The notes beneath the pieces are model-generated. The model searched no databases. It worked only from the letters and a program-made list of their open reading frames with translations, and was not told the DNA's origin. This document shows, in pieces, positions 34,468 to 42,892 of a DNA stretch of 64,000 bases (position 1 is the stretch's first letter; each line of letters opens with the position of its first letter). The DNA comes from Bryobacterales bacterium. GTDB taxonomy: Bacteria > Acidobacteriota > Terriglobia > Bryobacterales > Bryobacteraceae. The DNA is taken from NCBI GenBank assembly GCA_963794265.1, contig CAWCDJ010000007.1, forward strand, positions 478,846 through 542,845, read 5' to 3'. The translations under genes and the position numbers were made by a program.

Positions 34468-36129
34468 ATGAGACGAGCCCTCTGGCCCTTCGCGGCATTG
34501 CTGTGGGCATTCTGGGCTGTTCTCTCCGGCCAGAATCCCCAGTCGCCCATTCACTTCGCCTACAGGCCGATCGATTTCAAGCTGGACAGCTCGGAGACCC
34601 CGCAGCGTCACGCGCCCGAAACCATGGCGGGCGGGGTCGCTATGTTCGATTACAATAACGACGGCTATCTCGATATCTACTTCGCGAACGGAGCCGACAT
34701 AGGGACTCTGAAAAAGAATTCGCCCAAATACTCCAACCGCCTGTTCGAGAACGACGGCCACGGTAACTTCAAAGATGTCACCGAGAAGGCCGGACTGGCG
34801 GGTGTGGGTTTCGACAATGGCGTCGCCATCGGCGACTATGACAACGACGGTTACGAGGACATCTTTGTCGGCGGAGTTCATGGGAACCATCTCTACCACA
34901 ACAACGGCAACGGCACGTTTACCGATGTGACGGCTAAGGCGGGTCTCGACCAGCCGGATAAGGAGTACGGACCCTTGTGGTCGGTCGGCGGCGCATGGGT
35001 GGACGTGAATAACGATGGGCTGCTGGACCTTTTCGTGGTCAATTATCTGGCGTGGAACCCCAAGACCGAACCTGTTTGCGAAGCCGCTCCCGGGATGCGC
35101 GACTACTGCCATCCGAAATACTATAAGGGCACACCGAACCAGTTATTCCTGAATCAGGGCAACGGGACCTTCAAAGACATATCGGCGGAGTCTGGAATCC
35201 GCGCCCATCCGGGGAAGGGCATGGGAGTGGGGCTTGCGGATTTTGACCTGGATGGTTGGATGGATATCTTCGTCGCCAACGATAAGGTTTACAACTCGTA
35301 CTTTCACAACAAGGGCGGCGGTAAGTTCGAGGAGACTTCGTTCGATGCCGGAGTAGCTCTGACGGAGGACGGCCAGTTTATCTCGGGCATGGGGGTGGAC
35401 GCCCGCGACCTCGACAACGACGGCCTGCCCGACATCGTCTTTGCGGCGCTCGATAACGAGACCTTTCCGCTCTTCCGGAACCTTGGAAAGAATGCGTTCG
35501 CCGACATCACGGAGAAGAGCGGGATGGCCCGGCTCACTGTGCCCATGGCCGGGTACTCACCCACGATCGCCGATTTCGACAACGATGGCTGGAAGGACAT
35601 CTTCGTCTCGCGCGGCCACGTGCAATCTCTGGGCTATGCATCGACCGCGCCCGTGGAGCAGCCGAACACCGTGTTCCGGAACCTGGGCAACACACGATTT
35701 CAGGCCCTCACCGCCGAAGCCGGCTTGACGGCGCAGCATCCCAGCCGCCACCGTGGCTCGGCGGTTGGAGACCTGAATGGCGACGGGCGCCTGGACGTAG
35801 TGGTCTCGGCTCTCAGCGCGCCTGCCGAGGTGTGGCTTAACGACAGCCCCGGCAGCAATCACTGGATCGAATTCGCGCTCGAAGGGTCGAAAAGCAACCG
35901 CGATGGAATTGGAGCCAGGCTCAAAGTCGTAGCGGGCGGAATCACGCAGTACAATCACGTCTCGTTCGCTGCCGGATACGCTTCTTCGAGCGCTGGTCCC
36001 ACGCATTTCGGTTTGGGCTCGAGCAAGACCGTGGACCTGGTGGAGATCCGCTGGCCCTCCGGAATTACGCAGGAGCTCAGAAACCTCGCCGCCGACCGCA
36101 TCGTCAAAGTCCGGGAGCCGGTGAAGTAG
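34468..36129 (+). CDS. CRTAC1 family protein (FG-GAP + ASPIC/UnbV), paralogue 3
   Basis: ATG 34468 gives the signal MRRALWPFAALLWAFWAVLSGQ. FG-GAP units (MFDYNNDGYLDIYF, DYDNDGYEDIFV, DVNNDGLLDLFV, DFDLDGWMDIFV, DLDNDGLPDIVF, DFDNDGWKDIFV). UnbV block NHWIEFALEGSKSNRDGIGARLKV..AGYASSSAGPTHFGLG. Confidence 0.9.
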   Translation: MRRALWPFAALLWAFWAVLSGQNPQSPIHFAYRPIDFKLDSSETPQRHAPETMAGGVAMFDYNNDGYLDIYFANGADIGTLKKNSPKYSNRLFENDGHGNFKDVTEKAGLAGVGFDNGVAIGDYDNDGYEDIFVGGVHGNHLYHNNGNGTFTDVTAKAGLDQPDKEYGPLWSVGGAWVDVNNDGLLDLFVVNYLAWNPKTEPVCEAAPGMRDYCHPKYYKGTPNQLFLNQGNGTFKDISAESGIRAHPGKGMGVGLADFDLDGWMDIFVANDKVYNSYFHNKGGGKFEETSFDAGVALTEDGQFISGMGVDARDLDNDGLPDIVFAALDNETFPLFRNLGKNAFADITEKSGMARLTVPMAGYSPTIADFDNDGWKDIFVSRGHVQSLGYASTAPVEQPNTVFRNLGNTRFQALTAEAGLTAQHPSRHRGSAVGDLNGDGRLDVVVSALSAPAEVWLNDSPGSNHWIEFALEGSKSNRDGIGARLKVVAGGITQYNHVSFAAGYASSSAGPTHFGLGSSKTVDLVEIRWPSGITQELRNLAADRIVKVREPVK

Positions 36130-36159
36130 CGTCGGCGCTCGAGCGGGCGGAGCGCTTGC

Positions 36160-37830
36160 CTAGGTCTCTACCCAATTCTTGCGGCCCAGAATCATCCCTG
36201 GATCGTGCCGCTTCCCCTGGGGAGACCGTCGATCCTCCCTCCAACTCGTCCACCAGAGCATCGGGCCCAGCAGCCGGCTTGCCGCTGATGCCACCAAGCC
36301 GAATTCACGCTCCAGTTCCTTCCGCAGAGCGCGCACTCGTCCGGCCACGTCCCGGTTAGTGCTCCGCAGATGGTGCTCCATGGCCCACAGGCTGGCCGGA
36401 TAAGCGTGCCTCAGCATCCGGGCTTCGCGCTGGAAGCGCTCCCGCACCCGCGGGTTCGGATGGTCCTTATACCGCTTCCACCCTTTGAAGGTCGTGCGGC
36501 AGATCCGGAAGAGGCTGGGTCCGTTGCGCTCGAAATCGCGCCGGAACGCCCATGCCAGAAACTTCCGAGACTCCTCCCGCGAAATCGCCTGGTGCCGGAA
36601 ATTGAATGCGTCCTGCCCGTGGATGTCCGCCAGGTCCACATCGAGTAATCTTCCCTGCTCCTCCATTTCCCGGTACAACGGCGTCCCAGGCACGGGCGTA
36701 TACAGCATGAACTGGTGCAGGTCCGTCTCGTGCGCCACCGCGTATTCGATCTCATCGGCGAGGTTTTCCGGGGTGTGGTGCTCCAGCCCCAGGATGGTCG
36801 AGCCGAGCAGCACGATCCCGTGTTCCCTCAGTTCCGCCGCCAGTCGCATCGTGTCGGCTCCCGCCAGCTTGGCGTACTCCGACCGGGGCGATTCCAGCCC
36901 GATCCAGATCGACGAGATCCCCAGCTCCACCAGTTGTTCATAGCGGTACTTCGCGATCGCGTTAGCCGACGAAAAGATGTGCAGCGTCCAACTCTTTCCC
37001 GCCACGCTCATCAAGGACAGCAACTCCAGCGCCCGGCGCTTCTGAAGCAGAAAGTTTTCGTCCATGATAAAGAACGATTTCACGCCGCGGGAACTCTCGG
37101 CCGCCTCCATCACGCGGAACAGTTCGGCCCCCGTGGAGTACAGGTTCAGCATCTTCCCTTTGCCGCCGAAAAATGCGGAAGTGGTGCAGAAGTTGCACCC
37201 CAGCGGGCATCCCATGGAAGCAATGATCGTGGCCGACGAGTCCATCTTGTCGGGGATTCGCAGCCCCATAATCCTCAAGTCAAACCCCGAGTCGAGCGAA
37301 GGGTGGCGCACCGGGGCGCTCGAGTCCTCGCCCAGGTACTCGCGCATCCACGCGATACCGTCGCCCTTCACGATGTGGTCCGCGTCCACCATACCCTCAA
37401 CTCCCGGTATGGCCGAAACGTGGCCTCCCACCACGATGGTCGAACCCGGCGAGATCTCACGGACCATGCGGCACATCTCCCGCACTTTGCCCACGTTCAC
37501 GATAATCGAGGAAATACCGACAATGTCGTACTGGTGCGCCCGCAGTTCGCGCGCGAAGTCCTCGCGAGTCGGAAAATCCAGAACGGCGCAGGGCGCGCTG
37601 ATGTTCTCCTGGATCATCAGAATCCCCCACGAACGGTGAAACCGGCGGATCGAGAAGGCGCCCTGCGCCTTGGTCACCTGATTGTGGTAAAGCTCCATCG
37701 GGTTGATGGAGCGGCTGCCGAATTCGTCGTCCTGCGCGTACGGACCGAAGACCGAGGATAACAAGACTCTGGCTTCGCTCCCTTTCGGGTGGGGATGGGC
37801 AATGGAAGGAAAAATGGAAGGGGCTGTCAA
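36160..37830 (-). CDS. cobalamin-binding (class B) radical SAM enzyme, substrate unknown
   Basis: B12-binding Rossmann-like segment (YDIVGISSIIVNVGKVREMCRMVREISPGSTIVVGGHVS) followed by the radical SAM motif CPLGCNFC (CxxxCxxC). Only a TTG start (37830) is available at the 5' end, so the start is uncertain. Confidence 0.85.
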   Translation of the reverse strand: MTAPSIFPSIAHPHPKGSEARVLLSSVFGPYAQDDEFGSRSINPMELYHNQVTKAQGAFSIRRFHRSWGILMIQENISAPCAVLDFPTREDFARELRAHQYDIVGISSIIVNVGKVREMCRMVREISPGSTIVVGGHVSAIPGVEGMVDADHIVKGDGIAWMREYLGEDSSAPVRHPSLDSGFDLRIMGLRIPDKMDSSATIIASMGCPLGCNFCTTSAFFGGKGKMLNLYSTGAELFRVMEAAESSRGVKSFFIMDENFLLQKRRALELLSLMSVAGKSWTLHIFSSANAIAKYRYEQLVELGISSIWIGLESPRSEYAKLAGADTMRLAAELREHGIVLLGSTILGLEHHTPENLADEIEYAVAHETDLHQFMLYTPVPGTPLYREMEEQGRLLDVDLADIHGQDAFNFRHQAISREESRKFLAWAFRRDFERNGPSLFRICRTTFKGWKRYKDHPNPRVRERFQREARMLRHAYPASLWAMEHHLRSTNRDVAGRVRALRKELEREFGLVASAASRLLGPMLWWTSWREDRRSPQGKRHDPGMILGRKNWVET

Positions 37831-38066
37831 CGGTCCAGATTAACAGGATTTCAGGATCGGAAGCTCTCCAGACATGTAATTTTTTTGTAAGATCGACAGG
37901 TGTTAGAACCTCCCGCCTGCCGGCCGAAGCGGGAGCCGCAAGCTCGGAAAACGCTACGCTGAAACGAATAGCCGAGAGTTAGTAACTGGTTTCGAGCAGC
38001 CGAAGATTATTTGTAAGTGGCGGGCGAAAAATATGTCTGGAAAATGATTGACCCTCAGGGCGTGGT

Positions 38067-38843
38067 TCACAGCTTGAACAGTTCCCGCAGCCGTCTGGTC
38101 TGCACCCGGCTTACGGGGACTTCGGTGTGCTTCCGATCGTCCATCCGCAGTTGGTAGCTCGACTTGAACCACGGCACCACTTCCTTGATCCGGTTGATGT
38201 TCACCAGGTAGGAGCGGTGCACCCGCCAGAACAGGTCGCGGTCCAGGCTGGCCTGCAGGTCCTCGATTGTGCGATAGGTGGAATGGCCTTCGAGGCTGGT
38301 CGTGACCAGCGTGATCAGTCCGTCGTCGATTGTGGCGTAGATTACGTCCGCGGCATCAACGATGAAATGGCGGTTGTTCGCGCGCACCAGCAGTTTGTTC
38401 CGCGGTGCTTGCGGCGCCCCCTTCGGCGTCTCGGGCGTTTCCGGGCTCTTCTTTTCCTGGATCACCCGCCGCGCCCGCTCAATGGTCTCCGCCAGCCGTC
38501 CCTTTTCCACGGGCTTCAGCAGGTAATCCATCGCCTCCAGGCGAAAAGCCTCCACCGCATATTGGTCGTAAGCCGTAACGAATATGAAGTGCGGTAGGTC
38601 GACTTCCATTTCCCGCAGCCGCCGGACCACCCCCAAGCCATCCAGCCCAGGCATGTGTACGTCCAAAAACACTAGCTCCGGTTCCATCTTCCCGATCAGG
38701 TCCACGGCCTGTAAACCATTGGAACCCGTAGCAATTACATCGATTTCCGGGAAATCCTTAAGGAGGTAGGAAAGTTCGTCGCAAGCCAGCTGTTCATCGT
38801 CAACGACAACAGTAGTTAATGTGGCCGTCGCACGGTCGCGCAT
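38067..38843 (-). CDS. LytR/AlgR family response regulator (receiver + LytTR DNA-binding domain)
   Basis: ATG 38843. Receiver domain VVVDDEQLACDELSYLLKDF..LVFLDVHMPGLDG..FIFVTAYDQYAVEAF. LytTR domain FIVDAADVIYATIDDG..FWRVHRSYLVNINRIKEV. The 704-aa ORF in the track is this gene plus an upstream antisense shadow of the inositol-phosphate synthase gene. Confidence 0.9.
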   Translation of the reverse strand: MRDRATATLTTVVVDDEQLACDELSYLLKDFPEIDVIATGSNGLQAVDLIGKMEPELVFLDVHMPGLDGLGVVRRLREMEVDLPHFIFVTAYDQYAVEAFRLEAMDYLLKPVEKGRLAETIERARRVIQEKKSPETPETPKGAPQAPRNKLLVRANNRHFIVDAADVIYATIDDGLITLVTTSLEGHSTYRTIEDLQASLDRDLFWRVHRSYLVNINRIKEVVPWFKSSYQLRMDDRKHTEVPVSRVQTRRLRELFKL

Positions 38844-38879
38844 GGAGTTGCTATTATAGCATTTCGACCCAAGAGGAGA

Positions 38880-40205
38880 ATGATTTTGCCCAATCCAGAC
38901 AGCGTCCAAATTGCGCCCGCCGAGGGAAAACTGGGGGTTTTGATCCCAGGAATGGGGGCCGTGACGACGACGTTCATCGCGGGCCTCGAAGCTATGAAGC
39001 GGGGCTTGGGGAAACCCATCGGCTCCCTCACCCAACTGGGAACTGTCCGATTGGGTAAGCGTACCGAGGGGCGTAGCCCGGCGATCCGCGATTTCGTGCC
39101 TCTTGCCAGCCCGGCAGATCTTGAGATCGGCTGCTGGGATATCTTCGAAGACAACGCTTACGAGGCTGCCGTAAAGGCCGGCGTGCTCGAAACGGCGCTG
39201 CTCCAGCAACTGAAGGAGCCGCTCTCGGCTGTCCAGCCGATGAAGGCCGTGTTCGACCAGAATTTCGTCAAGCGCCTCAATGGTCCCAACGTCAAGACCG
39301 GCGGGTCCAAGATGGACTATGCCGAAATGGTGATGGACGATATCCGCCAGTTCCAGAAACGCACCGGGGTGGCCCGTATGGCCATGATCTGGTGCGGTTC
39401 GACGGAGGTCTACCACGAGCCCGCCGCGGTGCACGCCACCCTCAAAGATTTCGAATGCGGCCTGCAAAAGAGCGACCCGGAAATTTCCGCCAGCCAGATT
39501 TACGCCTATGCCGCGATCAAGCTGGGCATTCCCCACGCCAATGGCGCCCCGCACCTGACGACGGATATGCCGGCCCTGCTCGAACTGGCGCGCGACCATA
39601 ATGTTCCGATCGCAGGCAAGGATTATAAGAGCGGCCAGACATTCATGAAGACGCTGCTCGCGCCCGGTCTCAAATCGCGCCTGCTGGGGCTGAACGGCTG
39701 GTTCTCCACCAACATCCTGGGCAACCGCGACGGCGAAGTTCTGGACGAGCCCGGCTCGTTCCGCTCCAAAGAAGTCAGCAAATCTTCCGCGCTCGAATAC
39801 ATCCTTCAGAAGGACCTCTATCCCGATTTGTACAAGGAGTTCTATCACAAGGTCCGGATCGAGTATTATCCGCCGCGCGGCGACGCCAAAGAGGGATGGG
39901 ACAACATCGATATTTTCGGGTGGCTGGGCTACCCGATGCAGATCAAAATTAACTTCCTGTGCCGGGATTCGATTCTGGCGGCTCCTCTGGTGCTCGACCT
40001 GATTCTGTTCATGGACCTTGCCCAGCGTGCCGGAATGCGCGGCGTGCAGGAATGGCTGTCGTTCTACTTCAAGGCGCCCATGCACGCTCCCGAAGTCTAT
40101 CCGGAGCACGACGTTTTCATCCAGCTCATGAAATTGAAGAACACCCTGCGCTGGATGCGCGGCGAGGACCTCATTACGCATCTCGGCCTGGAATATTACG
40201 ATTAG
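38880..40205 (+). CDS. ino1: inositol-3-phosphate synthase (myo-inositol-1-phosphate synthase)
   Basis: ATG 38880 follows AAGAGGAGA. N-terminal GVLIPGMGAVTTTFIAG. Long blocks typical of the ~430-aa bacterial enzyme (GWFSTNILGNRDGEVLDEPGSFRSKEVSK, YHKVRIEYYPPRGDAKEGWDNIDIFGWLGYPMQIKINFLCRDSILAAPLVLDL). Confidence 0.93.
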   Translation: MILPNPDSVQIAPAEGKLGVLIPGMGAVTTTFIAGLEAMKRGLGKPIGSLTQLGTVRLGKRTEGRSPAIRDFVPLASPADLEIGCWDIFEDNAYEAAVKAGVLETALLQQLKEPLSAVQPMKAVFDQNFVKRLNGPNVKTGGSKMDYAEMVMDDIRQFQKRTGVARMAMIWCGSTEVYHEPAAVHATLKDFECGLQKSDPEISASQIYAYAAIKLGIPHANGAPHLTTDMPALLELARDHNVPIAGKDYKSGQTFMKTLLAPGLKSRLLGLNGWFSTNILGNRDGEVLDEPGSFRSKEVSKSSALEYILQKDLYPDLYKEFYHKVRIEYYPPRGDAKEGWDNIDIFGWLGYPMQIKINFLCRDSILAAPLVLDLILFMDLAQRAGMRGVQEWLSFYFKAPMHAPEVYPEHDVFIQLMKLKNTLRWMRGEDLITHLGLEYYD

Positions 40206-40270
40206 CAGCTGTATCTTTTTGCGGGCGAGCCGGTTCGGAGGGGCCGGCGCATCCGATTGTCTAGGAGCAT

Positions 40271-41269
40271 ATGAAAGTACTGGTAATCGGGGGGACCCAG
40301 TTCATTGGCCGCCACCTGGTGGAAACGCTAGTGAAGGGCGGTCACGAGCTCTCGATCCTGCACCGCAAGCCGAAGCACGATTTCGGACGGCGGGTCGAGA
40401 ACATCATGGCCGACCGCAACGATGCGGAATCCCTGCGCGAGGCGCTCATCACGCGCCGTTTTGAAATCGTTTTTGACAACGTCTACGACTTCGAGCGCGG
40501 CACCACTGCCGAACAGGTCGAAGCGACCATCCGAGCCTGCGGCGATCGCATCAGCCGCTATATCTTCATGTCCAGCGTGGCCGCCTATGGCGACGGATTG
40601 AACCACAAAGAGAGCGACCCGCTGGCGCCCGACTACCACCCCAACCCCTACACACGCCACAAGGCCACCACCGAGCGCATGCTGTTTCGCATGCACGCCC
40701 AGAGAGGACTTCCGGTGGTGACCTTCCGGCCGCCCTTCGTATACGGGCCACGCAGCAACTATTACCGCGAGCAGTTCTTCTGGGACCGCCTGCGGGCCGG
40801 CCGGCCGATCATCATTCCCGGCGACGGCCACCGCCTCATGCAGTTCGTCTACGTGCACGACCTGGTGCACGCCATGGTCCGCTCGATGGAGGAGCCGCGC
40901 GCCACCGGCGAAGCCTTCAACATCGGCGACCCGAAGCCCGTCACCCAGGCCGAGCTGGTGGAAAAACTGGGCCGCGCAGCCAATATCGACCCTGTGCTGG
41001 CGCGGATCCCGCGGGATGTGATCGCACAGGCCGGCGGCAACGCGATGGAAGAACCCTTCTACTTCGGCGAATACTACGACCTTCCACCCATCACCGAGAA
41101 CATCGGCAAAGTGACGCGTGTCCTGAAGATGAAGCTTACGCCCTTCGAGACGGGGTTGAAAGACACTTACAAGTGGTATCTCCGCAACCAGAAGCCGCGC
41201 ACCTCGACCTTCGAGTTCGACGATAGGCTGCTGGCGATGGTGCGAACCGGGTCGCCGGCCAGCGTGTAA
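40271..41269 (+). CDS. NAD-dependent epimerase/dehydratase family (extended SDR) protein
   Basis: ATG follows TAGGAG. N-terminal Rossmann motif MKVLVIGGTQFIGRHLV. YxxxK-type centre (YTRHKATTE). Confidence 0.85.
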   Translation: MKVLVIGGTQFIGRHLVETLVKGGHELSILHRKPKHDFGRRVENIMADRNDAESLREALITRRFEIVFDNVYDFERGTTAEQVEATIRACGDRISRYIFMSSVAAYGDGLNHKESDPLAPDYHPNPYTRHKATTERMLFRMHAQRGLPVVTFRPPFVYGPRSNYYREQFFWDRLRAGRPIIIPGDGHRLMQFVYVHDLVHAMVRSMEEPRATGEAFNIGDPKPVTQAELVEKLGRAANIDPVLARIPRDVIAQAGGNAMEEPFYFGEYYDLPPITENIGKVTRVLKMKLTPFETGLKDTYKWYLRNQKPRTSTFEFDDRLLAMVRTGSPASV

Positions 41270-41327
41270 GACACTTCCCGGCTATCCGGCCTCCCCGGTT
41301 TCGCGGCGAAGCCCGGTAACCCGTTTT

Positions 41328-41876
41328 TCACCGCAGCCGCATGGTCGTGCAGCCCTCGAGTTCCAACAGTTTCTGCTTCAGCGGCAGTCCTCCGCCATAT
41401 CCTGTCAGCTTCCCGCCGGCGCCGATCACCCGGTGGCACGGCACCACGATCGGGATCGGGTTCGCTCCGTTCGCCGAGCCTACGGCCCGCACCGCGGAAG
41501 GCGCGCCGATGGCTTCGGCCACCTGCCGATAGCTGCGCGTCTGTCCGTATGGAATCGTCGTCAGGTAGCGCCAGACGCGCTTCTGAAATGCGGTCCCCTG
41601 CATGTCGAGAGGAAGGTCGAAGTCCCGCCGCGTCCCACGGAGATAGGCGCGCAACTGGCGCGCGGTTTCTTCAATCAGCGGGTTCCCGTCGTTCCGTTGC
41701 CCTCCGCTGGCACGGGCGGGAGCGAACTCGATCGACCGGATCCCCGATTCCGCAGCCGAGATTCTCACCCGGACCTCGTCATCCACCTGTACGTCGGACC
41801 ACTCCAACATCTTCACAGTGTGGCACGTTTTGCACACGTGTACGCGCAAATGCTTACGATTCACCACGTTTCCCAT
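41328..41876 (-). CDS. ogt: methylated-DNA--protein-cysteine methyltransferase
   Basis: Active-site IVVPCHRVIG, and GTAFQKRVWRYLTTIPYGQTRSYRQVA. The start may be the internal ATG 41810 (MLEWSDVQV). Confidence 0.9.
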   Translation of the reverse strand: MGNVVNRKHLRVHVCKTCHTVKMLEWSDVQVDDEVRVRISAAESGIRSIEFAPARASGGQRNDGNPLIEETARQLRAYLRGTRRDFDLPLDMQGTAFQKRVWRYLTTIPYGQTRSYRQVAEAIGAPSAVRAVGSANGANPIPIVVPCHRVIGAGGKLTGYGGGLPLKQKLLELEGCTTMRLR

Positions 41877-41920
41877 GCGTAAGGGTGAAAGCCCTTGCTA
41901 TAATTTAAACATTCGCCTCT

Positions 41921-42892
41921 ATGCCTGTTAAGCCTTTCGCACCCAATCACGGCGAGGAAAAAAAGATCTTTCTATTGAAGCCGCGGGGCTTCTGCGCCGG
42001 TGTCGTCAGGGCTATCGATGTGGTTAAGATCGCTCTCGACCTCTACGGTCCGCCCGTCTATGTACGCAAGGAGATCGTCCACAACATGCACGTGGTCGAT
42101 GAATTGCGCGAAGCCGGTGCCATTTTCGTCGAAGAACTCGATGAGGTGCCGGAGGGCGCCCGTGCCATTTTCAGCGCCCACGGTGTGGCGCCGGCGGTGC
42201 GGCGGCAGGCGAAAGACCGGCGTCTGGAGGTGATCGACGCCACCTGCCCGCTGGTCACCAAGGTCCATCTCGAAGCGGTCCGTTTTGCGCGCGAGGGCTT
42301 CAGCATCGTGCTCATCGGCCACAAAGACCACGACGAAGTCATCGGCACGCTCGGCGAAGTCACCGCATGCAGCTATCTGGTGGAGACGGTCGATGACGTC
42401 GATCGGCTCACGGTGCCGGATGCTGCGCGCGTCCGCTACCTTACCCAAACCACCCTCAGCCTGGATGAAACCCGGGATATCGTCGGACGGCTGAAGGAAC
42501 GCTTTCCCCTGGTGCAGGGTCCGCCCGCGCAGGATATCTGCTACGCCACGGAGAACCGGCAGATGGCCGTCAAAGCCGTCTCGCAGGCGGTCGACCTGCT
42601 CCTGGTCGTCGGCTCCCAGAACAGCTCCAACTCCAAGCGCCTGGTCGAAGTGGGCGATAACTTCGGCGTCCGTTCGTTTCTGGTCAATGACCGCGGCGCC
42701 GTGGACCCCATCTGGCTGGAGAATGTAAAAAACGTCGCGGTTACTGCAGGCGCCTCGGCTCCGGAACACCTGGTGCAGGAACTCATCGAGTTCCTTCGTG
42801 GTCTCGGATACCGTCAGATGGAAGAGATCGAACTTGTGGATGAAGACGTGCGGTTCTCACTGCCGTCGGAGTTGATGATTTCGATTCGATGA
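41921..42892 (+). CDS. ispH: 4-hydroxy-3-methylbut-2-enyl diphosphate reductase
   Basis: IspH/LytB blocks: PRGFCAGVVRAIDVV, VYVRKEIVHNMHVV, SAHGV, ATCPLVTKVH, GHKDHDEV, TQTTLS, ICYATENRQ, VVGSQNSSNSKRL. The stop overlaps the shc start. Confidence 0.95.
   Translation: MPVKPFAPNHGEEKKIFLLKPRGFCAGVVRAIDVVKIALDLYGPPVYVRKEIVHNMHVVDELREAGAIFVEELDEVPEGARAIFSAHGVAPAVRRQAKDRRLEVIDATCPLVTKVHLEAVRFAREGFSIVLIGHKDHDEVIGTLGEVTACSYLVETVDDVDRLTVPDAARVRYLTQTTLSLDETRDIVGRLKERFPLVQGPPAQDICYATENRQMAVKAVSQAVDLLLVVGSQNSSNSKRLVEVGDNFGVRSFLVNDRGAVDPIWLENVKNVAVTAGASAPEHLVQELIEFLRGLGYRQMEEIELVDEDVRFSLPSELMISIR

Noticed and set aside
37840-37875. An 11-codon minus-strand ORF (MSGELPILKSC) 9 nt upstream of the B12 radical SAM gene, considered as a RiPP precursor.
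   Set aside because: It is too short, has no SD, no leader/core organisation and no accompanying peptidase or transporter. It is most likely a chance ATG inside an ACATGT palindrome.
37866-38040. Repeated 8-mers in the gap between the LytTR and radical SAM genes (CCAGACAT / ATGTCTGG inverted; TTTGTAAG direct), considered as LytTR binding sites.
   Set aside because: An 8-mer coincidence in a 236-bp AT-richer region is roughly as likely as not by chance, and the spacing (~125-160 bp) does not fit the usual LytTR paired 9-bp repeats ~12 bp apart.
38067-40181. A 704-aa minus-strand ORF that looks like one very large gene.
   Set aside because: Only its last 258 codons (from ATG 38843) form a coherent receiver + LytTR protein. 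The upstream 446 codons are an R/G/H/P-rich antisense shadow of the well-supported inositol-3-phosphate synthase gene on the plus strand.
41811-41876. CxxCH motif (CKTCH) in the N-terminal extension of the ogt ORF.
   Set aside because: Ogt is cytoplasmic with no signal peptide. The extension precedes a more typical start (ATG 41810), so the motif is probably untranslated or coincidental.
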